Assembly (NCBI RefSeq): GCF_018977255.1
Contig: NW_024704743.1
Location: 101,124,001 to 101,188,000 of the forward strand
Source of the DNA: Callorhinchus milii
Lineage: Eukaryota
Reading direction: 5' to 3'
Length of the DNA: 64,000 nucleotides
Position numbers and translations under genes: made by a program. Each line of letters begins with the position of its first letter. The first letter of the stretch is position 1. Below are positions 1 to 13,174 of this stretch, one piece after another. Under the pieces are notes generated by a model. The model was not told the origin of the DNA, did not search any database, and saw nothing but the letters and a program-made list of their open reading frames with translations.

Positions 1-992
1 AATCAAACGGACTAGGTTTTGCATTACAGTGTTTGATTTGGCCCGTGTTAGTTTTAGTGAGAGCCTCTTTCAATCTAAATATACTTCAAAGGTGCAGAAA
101 ATTTTCCAATGGTTGAAATAACATTAAATTTCCATATTTTCCACTCTTCTGCAAATAGTAAAAAAAATGATTTTTGTACTCATATGGCCCACACAGATAG
201 GATTGCTTATACAAAAACAATTCTGGTTACATCTCCGCACTTGAATTTCAATCGATGCTGCATGCTCTCCTAGACTTTATTTGCTACATGACTGCTGGTT
301 CCTATGGAAACCTGGAGAGTGATTATCTAAGAATCATCTGCGAATGCGTAACAGCACAGAAGTTTCAGCTGTGAGTCTCCAATCACAATAATGTAAAATG
401 ACAGTGTTGGATCATCCTTACCACATTACTCTTGTTAAAATAAACCTAGGATTAGATGGAGTTGTGGAGTGGGAAAATGAGGAAGACTTTTGTAAAGCTC
501 ACTGAAACCTTAAAAAATGTTACGAATGAAAATATTTAAGGTGCAATCAGGCGGGTTTTAAAACAGTGGCCTGATAACTGTGCCTCCAAACTCACAACAT
601 GACAAAACAATGAGGCCCCATTCAGTGCACCTCACAAAAAACTCCAGACCTGATAGGTTGTTAACCAGTCAGTCAGAGGCACACGTGCCTTTCAGGTTGG
701 GAGGACATCTCAAAGGGCTTCACAGGATTTACTGTAAAGTGTAGTGACCGTGTATTTTGTAGGTGAGAACACAGCAACCAATTTGCTCACAGCAATGTCT
801 CACAAACAGCCATGAAGTGAATGATCAGTTTTGTTTAGGGGATAGTTGAGCAGGACGCAGAGAAACTCGCTTCTCAATATTCTCAGCTTCTGTAGAACAG
901 TATAGTTTGATTTACAAGAATAACAAGTAGACTTTTAACATCATCTCCAAAAAGACAATTTATTAAGGAACCTGAAACTCAAATATTTCTAC

Positions 993-1087
993 CTCTTTAA
1001 ACAGTTTGGTGGGTGCTGCAATCGCCTTTTCTTCCTCTAGATACTGTACCCAGGACCATGCCTTCTTGTTTCCAGAAAGTGATGCTG
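993..1087 (-). CDS. L3MBTL4: L3MBTL-family exon, start of MBT repeat 1 (ASLSGNKKAWSWVQYLEEEKAIAAPTKLFKE)
   Basis: Strong pyrimidine tract plus tttag| acceptor, and gag|gtagaa donor. KKAWSWVQYLEEEKAIAAPTKLFKE matches the recalled MBT1 start of L3MBTL3/4. The gene continues beyond the left edge of the window. Confidence 0.92.
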
Positions 1088-1204
1088 CTAAAAAGAAAAG
1101 AAAATATATTGAAATCCAACAATGCACAGAAAATACAGAAAAATGAAGCTCAACCTGGAAAAAAGATACACGCACACAAAAAACAAGAAAATATAGTTAT
1201 ACAA

Positions 1205-1492
1205 AATAATACTTGCATTTGATATGGCGTCTTATCACGTCTTCGAGACGTTTTAAAGCGCTTCATTGAACACACTGTAAAGTGAATTGACTATATTTTG
1301 TGGGGGAAACGCGGCAGCCAATTGTGTGCAGCAGTCTCCTACAAACAGTCGTGAATTCTGCAACCAGTTTCTTTTAATGGATTATTACCCCTGGAAAAGC
1401 GATCCGCCAATCACTAACAACCGGGTTCCTACTTACTGCTAGGTAAACAGAGGCGTGTGGAGTAAGGAAACATGCCTAAGGTTTCGCCCTGC
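1205..1492 (-). mobile_element. SINE long variant lacking the tRNA head
   Basis: Collinear with 44390-44690. Confidence 0.85.
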
Positions 1493-2543
1493 AGGCCTAG
1501 ATGGGTGCAATTTTGTGTGTTTCTCACAAGGATTGATGAGTGAATTGAGCTACCTGCTCTGTCTCTTGCTGACCTGCTGGAACTCTGTTCAGACAGTGAT
1601 CTTCAGCCTTCACTGACTGCATTCCAATTTTATGGAAATCAGAATCTGAGAGGATTTCTGATAAGTTGGCATGAGACACATCTTTTACAAGCCTTTAAAA
1701 TTACTCTTCTTTCCACCCCCCAAACATCCAACATTAACGGGAACAAGTGCCACACTGGTGGGGGAATAGACAAACATCTCAGTCCCAAACAGAAGAAATA
1801 TGAATACTCAAGGCCAGTTATGGTAAAGCAGAGACAGTTAAGAGAGCAAGAGAGATGTACAGATGTACACCGAGACCCTGAGTGATTGAAATAAACAAGG
1901 ATGCAATTTATTCCTTAATAGGGAATTAGCACCCATACGTCAAGTCAATACAAACCATAGAGAATGCCTGCAAGTTACTGGCAAAATATCAGACATCCAT
2001 TTGGATGCACTCACTCATTTAAGGTAAACCATATGGCAGGAGCCACTTACTATACCCACAAATGATTTTTAGTTGGAATCACAGAATATTACAGCACGGG
2101 AGGCCATCATGCCTGTGCCGGCTCTTTGAAAGAGCTACCAACTAGTTCCACTCCCCCGCTCTTACCCCATAGCCCTGCAATTGTTTCCTTTTTAAGTAGT
2201 TATTGTTGGAAATTATGATGTTTCTTAAAATATTTGATTCGTTAATTAATAAACTGAATCTGTTAAAAAGCATGGCAATTTTAACAGCTATATTTGCTTA
2301 CAGCTTATGCATCTAAGACTCAAGTCTAATATGGTGCTACTCAAACAAAAAGAAAAATCAGGTAGAAAAATTCATACAAGCTTATAACCAAAGTATTTGC
2401 ATGCTGCATCTAGCTTTTCAACTTATGACCCCCTCAAAAAGAGGTTGTATCCTTTTCGTTTTAATCCCAAATGAACTGTGCTTTAGATAGAATCAATTGA
2501 AAAATCATAATGTAATAAATTTCAAGTAAGGGATATTGAATAC

Positions 2544-2658
2544 CCTGTTTCGGGAGCTTGGAATCTGGGTCAGAAAGTCGACTATATTTGAGGTTGCCGT
2601 GGTTATTGAGCACACCAGGCGTTTTAATCTTCATTTTCCAATCACTTTGTATTTCCTC
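2544..2658 (-). CDS. L3MBTL4: L3MBTL-family exon (EEIQSDWKMKIKTPGVLNNHGNLKYSRLSDPDSKLPKQ)
   Basis: ttttgcag| acceptor, cagg|gtattc donor, 115 nt, phase 0 to 1, compatible with neighbours. Confidence 0.78.
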
Positions 2659-4284
2659 CTGCAAAAGAATAAAATGTCAATACTGTACATCCAGTTCAAA
2701 AGAGTTACAATCCCTCATTCTAAAATGAAGCAGTTGGAGCTTTTCTGATAATAGTGTGATATCTCTTCATTTTTCTGCATTCTCATGAAGTAATCTCATT
2801 TTAAACTGGATAAACAAATTATTTGCAATACTGTAATGTGTTTTTGTTACCATATAATAACCATGATAAGAATAATCCTTGCAGTTCATACAGTGCCTTA
2901 TTAAATCACTGAAACGTCTTAAAGCACTTCATAGGATTTATTGTGAAGTGTCATTATTGTGTCTTTTGTAGATAAGGCCTGCAGAATAACTTATTCCGTT
3001 CCAAATTAAATTGACCCACCATGGCATTTAATAATACTGTTCAACCAATCAGTTTAATAATTAATTTCCTACCAAATGTCAATGATACATTAAATAATAA
3101 GTAAATGCACAAAAACATCTCACACAATATTAAGCATGGAGGTTTGCAAAGTGACACAGCTCAAACAAATGGTCCTTCTCAAGCTTATAAATTGTTTATT
3201 AATGCTTCATTCATGCTGTTAGTTTGGTGGAGAATCCCAATATTTTTGAAGCCAATACTTCACCAAATCTGCAGTATAAATTGGAGTGAGCCAGTGCAAA
3301 TGACGATGGAGCTCTAACTCTTGAAAACTGCCTATAGGTTTCAGAAGCAATGCAATTTGCAGCTGCTGCAGCATAAATGTGGCAGTTGTACATCACACTG
3401 GGATCACAACTCTGTACTCCATTGAAAGCTCTCATCTGATGCCATTTATGGAACCATCCAGGACCTTTCAGTGCGATGAAGAGCTGACTGTTGGTCTGTG
3501 TCACCTTTACTGAAATATTCATTTCCTATCACTGAATATTAAGCCTAACCTAAAATTGGTCACTGCAGTAACTTGCTCCAGTTGTTTACATCATGCTCAA
3601 TGTTTAATCCTTTACTTACAGATTTTCAAACATGTTACTCTTAATGTAATCATTTTTAAGTTGCAATATTCCCTTAATTGGGTTTGTTGATTTCCCCTGA
3701 TGTGTCATATGCTGCTTTTTAAATGTTGAATAAATTCAATAAAAATCCATATAAAATCTGACGAATGATATATTGGAACTGTAAAACTGTATGATTCCAT
3801 TTTATTGATCTCTGTTAGCCTGAACTTTATCAACTCAAAAAATATTTAACTAGTGACATCTGTGCATTCAGCTAATATAGGAAGAAGGATGGCAAATGCA
3901 ATACAATTGTACATGTTTGTGTCCTATTTAAAATTATGAAATGGATGAAATAATTATGCAAGTACAAGCTGGATGAGCGCAATATGGTTTGTGTTGTACT
4001 TTGCAATCTAAAGTGGCACTTCATTTCAGCATTCGGTCATGAAAATTGAATAAATAAGTAGAGCACAAAACTGAAAATGGGTCGGGTAGGGGCGGAGGAG
4101 GAAGCAACCAGGCAAGTCTTTCTAATTTTAGCCATGAGGAAGTCCATAACTTCAGTACAGAGTTTTTGAACTGCTTTATATTGATTGTGCAATTGCCCTG
4201 AAACCATGGAAAACTTGAGGCAGGACTCATTGCTTTTAACTTGGCACACTATAGCAAAATCAATATTCACACAAATCAACAAAC

Positions 4285-4417
4285 CATATAGCCATTTTCA
4301 AAATCTTCCCCAGAGTCTTCTTTTGGGCTCACACTCGTTTTCCTCTTCCTTTTCTTCACACGTTTCAGTATTGGTCCAGCATTTCGCTTTACTGGCGCGC
4401 TGTGTTTAATAGGCTGC
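4285..4417 (-). CDS. L3MBTL4: L3MBTL-family exon with basic NLS-like stretch (QPIKHSAPVKRNAGPILKRVKKRKRKTSVSPKEDSGEDFENGYM)
   Basis: gacag| acceptor, atg|gtttgt donor, 133 nt, phase 2 to 0, compatible with both flanking exons. Confidence 0.78.
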
Positions 4418-6657
4418 CTGTCACAGAACATTAAAACACAAGCAGCTAAGACCCTCACTCACACTTCAAACACATCAAGTATAAGTTGAAGTAGTTTGTT
4501 ACAGTTATGTTCTGTGATATTTTTCATTGAAATGATATCACACTACCCAACTGAAATCCCTGGAAAGTGTGTTTAAAAAAAAGTAAACATACCATAAAAA
4601 CTGGTGCACACAACAGGCAGCAATGTGATAATTTTTTTCGTAGTGCAAGAAATTCCTTAGGCTTTTGACGTAAACAAAAATGCGGTAGCACCATTAAAAC
4701 CTTAATTACACCTCCTCAAGCTGCTTATTTATGGCCCAGCTTAACGTTACTCCAGGAATCTGACTTTTTCGTTTGTGTTAGACAAGCATTCTTCTACTGC
4801 TGTTACGTTTGGTGCTAATATTCACGAGCTCCACCTCGGCAGGATCTTGAGATTTGGGTTTGGAAAGAACTAACAAAGGGAAGCATGTTCCTTTAAAGTG
4901 TAGAACTTTTTTTTTCTCATATCCATAAATATAGATCTCCTTTAGGCCATCTCTTCAGATGAATATGGCACTATAATCTCATCTCTGTTGTGCACAGGCT
5001 TTTTCCAATGATGCATTTCCACAAGTAGTTCAACTTTGGATTTGTCCTTACCCTAGCAACAAAACTGTATCAATATATTTACCAGAGGCACAGATGCCTC
5101 AGTTATTTTGGGGTTTGATAGATTATAAAATGTAAGTAGATTGTGGGGGTTCAATTTAAATTTGCTAGATTAGACTGGGCACCACAATAGACTCTGATTG
5201 TTTGTGTTGGTGGCAGCACTATTTTATGAATTGGCTCATCGGAACAGAAATTCAACAACAAATTGCATTTATATAGTGTGTTTCAGCCTGTCATGCTGGT
5301 TCCATCAGAGTCAGTGACAGTACTAAGCTTCATAGTTTGGATAAAAAGAACCAGTACATTGCACACAACCTCTGGGTTTGCAACACTGATATATGTACTG
5401 TAATAAAAAACATCTTACCAAGGCATGGCTGGCCTCCTTTTGTGCTGAAAATGTCTTTTTTTTAAAAAAATGGCACAAGTAGACTTATGGAATTAGTACA
5501 GGTTAGCAACGGCAACAGAAGAGGCAACAAATAATAAAGATCGCAACACAAACATGGTTCCACTTTTCAAAGCACCTTTCGCGAGACAGTTCTCAAACAT
5601 GACGACTAAACAGAATGACTGTTCAGTTGCTGAAAATTATTCTTTATATGTTCAATATCCAAGTACAATTTGGAGGCATCTGCCTGAACCATTGCAGCAG
5701 CAAAACATTTTTTTGCGTTCAGTTTTCATAGAAAGACAATAAATAATACTCAGTGAAGAATTGCAAGTGGAAGCGTGCAAACCACACAGGCACTGCTTCA
5801 CATGTGGCTTCAAAAGAGTCCATAGAATCACATAAGAATAATTACAGCACAGAAGGTCATTCAGTCCATTGTGTCTGTGCTGGCTTTCTAAAGAGAATCT
5901 TTTGAAGAGTCGCAATAGGTCGAACTTTTCCTGGCATTTACTTAAATGTCCCTATTTCTGTAGATTTCTGGCTTTTGTACCCGTTATGTTTGAGTGTCCA
6001 GTCCTGTAAAACTGTACCACTATGTTTCTTATGGCAAATGAAATGTCAGCATCCGTTTCTGATAATGACAACAAATGAGGCCAGAGAATTACTTTGACTG
6101 CAATACCAAAACGGCCAACTTGTTATTGCTTCATGTAGAAAGCAGGATTAGCAAAGCAACTATTTTGAGCAAAAGATTTTAAGCTCACAGAAATCCATAG
6201 CTTCAAAGGTGTTTGGCATTAATTGGCTTGGAATCAAGCTTCAACAAAGCCCTGGAGCGCGGAATGCCATCCAATGGCATTGTGTTGTATTTAGATCAGG
6301 TTGAAGTTTCACAGCCAGACAAATCATAGGATAATGAAAGATATGTGCAAATTGGGCACTGTTAAGGATTAACAACAGTCAATGAAGATGTTAGAACAAG
6401 ATTCTGAAAGCAAAAGAGCTCAGAGGAGGAAAATACAACATTACAAATTGCATTTACAAAGTACTCTTCACACAAGCTGACATCTCCATGCGTTTTACAG
6501 TGGTGGAGTTTGACACTGAGCCAGGGAGAGGGAGAAGGTGACTGTAGCAAGATCGAAGAATTAGGTCTTCAGGCTTGACCTAAAGAAGGGCAAGAAGGGG
6601 GTTAAGGCGGAGGGATTGAGGCAGAATTCCATAGTTTCACAGCGCGGTGGTTGAAAG

Positions 6658-6976
6658 TAATAATAATAATAATAATCCTTGCATTTGATATAGCGCTTTT
6701 CACGTCAGGAGGACGTCCCAAAGCGCTTCACAGAACACACTGTAAAGTGAATTGACTGTATATTTGTGGGCGAACGCGGCAGCCAATTGCGCACAGCAAT
6801 GTCCCACAAACAGTCGTAGATTGAAAATGACCAATTTAATTATTGTTTTTTTTTTTGGAGGGATTATTATTAGGCGTGTGGAGTAAGGAAACTTGCCCAA
6901 GGTTTCGCCCTGCCTGGAATTGAACTCAGGTCTCTCACTTGCAAAGCGAGTGCTCTAACCACTGAGCTACAGGACT
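6658..6976 (-). mobile_element. Full-length SINE of the same family, nested in an L2 fragment
   Basis: Head to (ATT)n tail recognisable by comparison with the other copies. Confidence 0.9.
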
Positions 6977-7693
6977 ACAGGAGCTACAGTACGGCTGCCG
7001 ATGGTGGAATAGAGGGGGTGAAGGATATGCAGGAGGCTAGAACCTTCTAAGCAAAGGAGGTGGTTAGTGGAGTTGGGTGTAAGCAGTTCAGAGAGGTAGG
7101 TAGGTGCCAGGACATGAAATGATTTATACATGAGTTTGAATATCTTGAAATTGATCTGTTCTGTAATAGTGAGCCAGTGGAACCTGATAAGGACTGGGTG
7201 ATGATGGTATGGATTTTGGTGGGTAAGGATACGGGTGGCAGAGTTTTGGGGAAACCAGCAGGGAGCATATTGGAATAATCAAGGTAAGAGATGACGACTG
7301 CGTGGATAAGGTTTGGAATGCGTTGGGTGTGAGGTACAGTCGGAGGCGGGCAGTGTGCTGGAGGTGGAGAAAAGCAGTCCTACTTGCGCATAACACACAA
7401 GAAAGCGACATCAGTGACATTTCAGGTGCCTGGCAACCCAGAAGACAGTTATATTTTCCTGCAGGAAGCTGGCTCATCAGCATCAGAAGCCAAGTGTACT
7501 GTATTCCAGCAAGCACAAGTCCACAATAGAACTAAATGAATCCGCACACAAGCAGGACCACAATATAATCATACAGACAACAACACTTTCAATGTTCAAT
7601 CTAGCAGATTGATTTCACGAAAGGATTTTTTTTTTGCTTTGAAATTACATTTTATCGTGGTTCTCAATAGCTTTTTGTTTTTACCCCACTTAC

Positions 7694-7841
7694 TTTTCTT
7701 TGTACTGCTGCTGACAGCGAGTGCTACAAAAGCGGACACTTTGGTTGAACTCCTCCACTGTTCCATACCGTCCACAGTTTTCACAGCAGCAGATACCTTC
7801 CATGTGAGACAAGTCATTTGTGCAATCACCTTCAGTAATGT
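7694..7841 (-). CDS. L3MBTL4: L3MBTL-family exon encoding an FCS-type zinc finger (CENCGRYGTVEEFNQSVRFCSTRC)
   Basis: Donor aa|gtaagt at 7694 (phase 2). Acceptor taken as the first AG after the pyrimidine tract (gaag|ac, phase 1); an in-phase alternative lies 12 nt downstream, so the 5' boundary is less certain. C-x2-C...FCS-x2-C pattern. Confidence 0.85.
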
Positions 7842-9639
7842 CTTCAGTGGTGAGGCAGAATGAGGAAACAATGAGCAAATCAATATGGTAATTGCAATAC
7901 AGTGAACATGCCTCATTAGCTTCGCACTGCCAGCAGTTAGGCGGAATGCTGAAGGACATTTTATTTTTTGAAATATTCTTTCATGCATCTATTTGTAATA
8001 GACAACCCTGAGCAACATAATAACTAAAGAAAAGCTCATTCCTGGCAGTTTCTGAAACAGTAATCAATAATATTTTTTCAATAAACTGGAAAAAAATCTA
8101 TTTATTGTAATGCACAAATGATACTTCAGGCAAAGGAATGGATTTAGAAATGTATCTAATCCTGCAACGCATAATTTCAGGAAAAATCTCAAGAGAATTT
8201 CTTTCAAGCACTATGTCACCCCTCCCAGAATTTTTCTCTCATGTATCTCCAAAATGAGGAATTTGCCATTAAACTTTGACCTTTATATAGGTCGACCGAG
8301 GCCCTACTGATTGGCTCCCGTCAGCGCCTCTACACCTCAGGCACTGACAGCATCACCCACCACAGATGCACTGAGATACTGTCCAGAACCTTGGCATCTT
8401 GTTTGACACTTAACTGTCCTTTCTACCTCACATTCGTGCCATGACCCACTCTGCCTTCACCCACCTCTGCAACATTGCCTGGCTCCACCACTGCCTCTCC
8501 CTTCAGCCCGCTGAAACCCTCATTCACAAATTTATTACATTTAAATTCTTGTTGGCCTTTCCAACTGTTCCCTCCACAAGTTGCAGATCATCCAGAACTT
8601 TGCAGCTCATGTCCCCACCCACACCAGGCTCCATGAGTCTATCATCCCCACCCTCGCCCAAGGCTCCATTGGCTCCCCATTCCCCAGTTCAGGTCCAAAT
8701 CCCTGACTGTCCAGCGCCTTGGGACATCCTCCCAACGTGAAAGGAGCTTCACAAATGTAATTTCTTGTTGTCATCTGGATACTAAATAGAAAGGGCAGAA
8801 AATTTACAGCACAGAAGATGGCCCATTGTACTGCACTAGTGTGAGTTCCCCAATTCTGTCTGCTCTAAAACCAATCGTATGTCGTTGCCTCATGTTCAAC
8901 GCCGGAAACTGGGATAATATTAAATAATCCTTGCATTTGGTACAGCACCTTATCATGTCTTCGAGACGTCTCAAAGCACCTCAAAGAATATATTGTGAAG
9001 TGTAGTGACTGTGTTTTGTGGGCGAAACGCGCACACCAGTGTCCCACAAACGGTCATGGATTGAGTGACCAAATTATTATTATTATTATCTGTAATATTT
9101 AAATTTCCAGCGATGATTAGCAGTCAACTTCACCAAATAAAATAAATCTTCTTTGTCTGGTAGCTTCTACAGATGTTTACTACCGTAATTCCTGATCTAT
9201 CACATTCATTCTTTGAGTGGGCAAGATGTTATTTTCTGTATGTCAATGTTGCAGGAATCATATCATATGTATTCGAAAGGCTGAAGCAGGGTTTTGCATT
9301 GATCAACAAAAAAGCCAGTCACATTTAAATTCTGATGAATAATGATCTTCAGTATGTAACTCTTGCTCCAAAATAAATGTGAACTGTGTTACTATCCTGC
9401 ATCAACACACCATTTTCTGAGAACTCCATTGCAATATCCCAGATAAAGCAATAAAAGCATCATAGCATTCCAATCACACTTCAAACCAATGAGGTTTAGG
9501 GAAGTTCAGTTTGTAATGTTCATTAACACATTGTGATCAAAGTTCCCACTGATTAGCAATTATTTAGTATTTCTATTCTGAAAAGCCACTGGAGCAATAA
9601 ATATAAAATATACTGGAGCTGAGATCAGCACAATGTACA

Positions 9640-10255
9640 ACAACAACATGCAATTATATAGCTCCCTCTACACAGGGTAGCATCTCAGAGTATTTAACAG
9701 TGGTGGAGACTGCCTCTGAGCCGGGGGGGCAGGGGAGGTGACCGTAAGCACAGTCAAAAAGGAAGGTTTTCAGGCGGTACTTGAAAAAGGGGAGAGCGCG
9801 GGCAAGGCGGAGGGATTGAGGGAGAGTGTTCTCGAGTTTTGAGGCATAGTGGCTGAATGTGCGACCTCCAATGGTGGAGCAGAGGTGTGAGGGACAAGCA
9901 GGAGTCCAGTGTCGGTCTCGCAGAGGCACCGGGTGGTGGATTGGCGAGTGGCAGAGAGGTAGGGAGATGCCCGGGAGTGAAAGCATTTGAACCCGAGTGT
10001 GAGGATCTTGAAGTTGGTGATGGGGAGCCAGTGGAGCCTGGCCAGAAGTGGTGAGATGTGGATACGGAGTTTGGTCCGGTTAAGTATGCGGGCAGCAAAG
10101 TTCTAAATGAGCTGGTGAGGAGTGTGTCTGAGTAATCCAGGTGGGAGGTTCCTGCACGAGGGTTTCGGCTGCATTTGGGGTAAGGTATGGTAGGAGACGG
10201 GCAATGTAGAAGAGGTAGAAGAAGGCGATCCTGGTCAGGGACCGGATGTGGGGAA
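9640..10255 (-). mobile_element. L2-clade LINE 3' fragment (a related + strand tail at about 14070-14345)
   Basis: HWLP...IGGRTFS...FKYRLKTFLF-type C-terminal ORF2 remnant and tail ending gctatataattgcatgttgttg. Confidence 0.8.
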
Positions 10256-11141
10256 GTAGACTGAGATTAGAACAATGTAGGCTGAGCTCTGCCCATTTTC
10301 TAACCCATGTGCATCTGCCCCGAGCACATTTAAGGTTGTCAATGTGTTGTAATAGGGGAGACAAATCTAATTCCCATTTGAAGCAAATAGCACAAATTGG
10401 TTCAAAGGCCATATAGCTGAGTTTCGAAAGAAACATACACCCTAAATATGTATTTGGTCATGTTGGTTTCTGCAGAACCCCATATCATTGATTTGTTCAC
10501 TGACTGACCAAATAATTATTAGTGTGCTCGGTTCAAATATTACACCTCAGCTTCTCTCACATTTCTCCTGGTGAATGAATCTGTACACCATTCCTGTTCA
10601 AGGCAGTATGGTCTGTTAAGCTTAGCGCTTTGGGACGTCCTCCCGACATGAAAGGCGCTCTATAAATGTAATTTTGTTGTTGTTATTATTGTTAAGACTG
10701 TTTAGCACTCCATGACGCTGCCCACATAAAGGGCACTATATAAAATATAGTTGTTGGTGGTAGTGTTCCACAAGTATGCTATGATATGCAAAAACTATGG
10801 GGTTAAGATTGACCAATCTAAAAGGGATGGGCTTTACTGGGCCTAAAAATTATTTCTTGTTCCTAAAATTCTTTAACACTTTTAGTAATCATCTCTCCCT
10901 TTGACGAACATGTACAGTGAAGGCCAGGACGTTTAAGAATCAGTTGATGCTATAACAGGTGGGGAATCTGGAAGGATAAGAAATTGGTTTGAAGAGCCTT
11001 CTTCATCAGTGACGAAATGTATCCACGGACCTGAATCCCTCCCACCCCAATTCTATTACAATGGTTGAAAGCAATGCAGTCAAATTAATGAAAGGAAAAT
11101 ATTAGGAAACAATTATAAATTTTGTCCAAGGTTTCCCTTAC

Positions 11142-11274
11142 CTTGAGGGTCTGTAGCAACATTGTGGGAGCTATTCTTTTTAATTGGCGTCTCAGTAACA
11201 ACTTCTGGAGTGGCTTCTCCATCCTGCTCTTCAGTAGTAATAATCTCCAGGGTCCCAAACTCATTCATTCGGAA
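11142..11274 (-). CDS. L3MBTL4: L3MBTL-family exon (FRMNEFGTLEIITTEEQDGEATPEVVTETPIKKNSSHNVATDPQ)
   Basis: ttttcttactag| acceptor, caag|gtaagg donor, 133 nt, phase 0 to 1. FRMNEFGTLEII continues the recalled L3MBTL3 motif FRVNEFGALEVI. Not in the ORF track. Confidence 0.88.
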
Positions 11275-13174
11275 CTAGTAAGAAAATTATACATTTGTTA
11301 CTAATTCAAGGTAAGAAAGCATCAATTGAAAGTCCAACAAACAAGTACAGGTGGTGTGGTCCAATTTCCAAGGTTTGCAAAATGATTTGTAAATAGCAGA
11401 TTCTAAAATAGTAATTATGATTCTTGTATTTAATATTGCCCCTTTCATGATGGGAGGATATCTTAAACCATTTCATTTCACAATTTACTGTAAAGTGTAG
11501 CAACTATGTATGTTGTAGGCCAATGCAGCAGCCAATTTGGTCAACTGGATGTCTGACACACGTGGAATCCTTTCACCAAACTTACGAGTATCCAAAGCAA
11601 CCTGAGAATTCCATACATAGAAATTCCAGAGATATTTTTGGGAATGGAATGTGCACTCTATCCCTGGAGGGACGCATCCTGCTTACTTAATTCCAGAAAG
11701 TATTAGACACAGGTTGGCAAGAGCCAAAGCTTGCGACCTCAGAGTGTGCCTCGGGATACTGTTGGGAGTCTAACCAGATAAAATCACATAGTTTGCCATT
11801 GAGAGCACTGGATGGCAAGCTTTCCCAATGCTTGACTAGCGAGGTGAATGGAAGCTGAGTGGGAAGATTCTTTGCCCTCAGTGACTGTTCTGCCCTTCTA
11901 AATCTTGCTGATGAGCTAGCCTGAAAAGTCCAATATCAAATTTAAAATTGTATGGAAAAACTTAAGAGATTAAAGTATACAATAGGGAAGACAAAGACCA
12001 TTTGTATCTGCAGATAAATTGTTATGGTAGCCTGAGAAAGAGACTTTTCAAAGGGGCTCTTATAGTTAAATAAGATGATTGTAATGGGAAAGACATAAAA
12101 CACAAAACAATAGCTGTGGGATTCCCAAATATTTTTAGGATTGTTTCAAAAACACCAGCAGGGACATTGTTTGCTGCATTCGGGTATTAGCAACATAAAT
12201 TGGTTTCAACCCTGAGGCCAAATTTGTAAATGTTAGACCTGCAGAGGGGTCCCTTTTAAAAAAATAAAACTGAACACATTACAATTATTTGCTTTTGAGT
12301 CGATTCCATACATCTACTACTTAGAAGGAAAAATATTTGAATGTCTACTTCTTTCTCAGAATTTTTTTGATCATGCCTTTTCATCCTCATCCCTTTGATA
12401 CCAAGTTAAATCAAACCAAGTTAAACCAATAGCCAACCTGCTTACATCCATATTGTACACATCTTTCAAGATATTAAAGTCTTTGATCACGTACCTTCAC
12501 AATCTCCTGCAAGTTGAAATTTGTGAGGTTTTCTTCAAGTTTTAATCCTGCTATTATGCTTGTTATTATTTTCTCAATCCTCTTAATCCACACTTTTTTG
12601 GAAGGAATTTGGCAAAAAATACACAGAAAATTGCAAAAGTGGTTTGTTTCCTTACTTTCAGTGACAGGTCAATAATCGCACTAAATAACTGTGACAAATA
12701 GGACACCTGTTTACTTACAAAAAACATTAGTTCACAAACAAAGACTTTGAAATCACAGCAGTGTTACTGGTATCAATTTAACTCTCAAGTGAAGCAGACT
12801 CCTCACTTTCTATTCAGAACTATTTCTATGTAAAACCAACTCTAATGTCCTATTTATGCACCACTTTTCACATTCATATGAAGCAAATATTGGTACAACA
12901 AAACAATAAATCCTGTCCGAGATATACAATCGCAAGATAATTTCCTCTGGAATCCATCTGTCAAAATCTGTTTGTGGATTATTATCAAGCTGTTGCACAT
13001 AGCAGCATGAGAAATGTCTCTCTTCAAATGCCTGTAAAGCAACTGCAGCAGATGTGATTTACCTTACCATACTCAGACAACCCTACAGAAAATAGGTGAG
13101 GTTCTGGCTATTGTTTTTCAGAGCTGTACCATAAGGGTGGACAGTAAAAAATCCTATCCAGTTATTGTGAGGTA

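Noticed and set aside
7384..7458. 75-nt candidate cassette exon of L3MBTL (cctgcag| ... |gtagg)
   Set aside because: In the required phase it hits TAA after three codons, and the flanking exons already join in frame.
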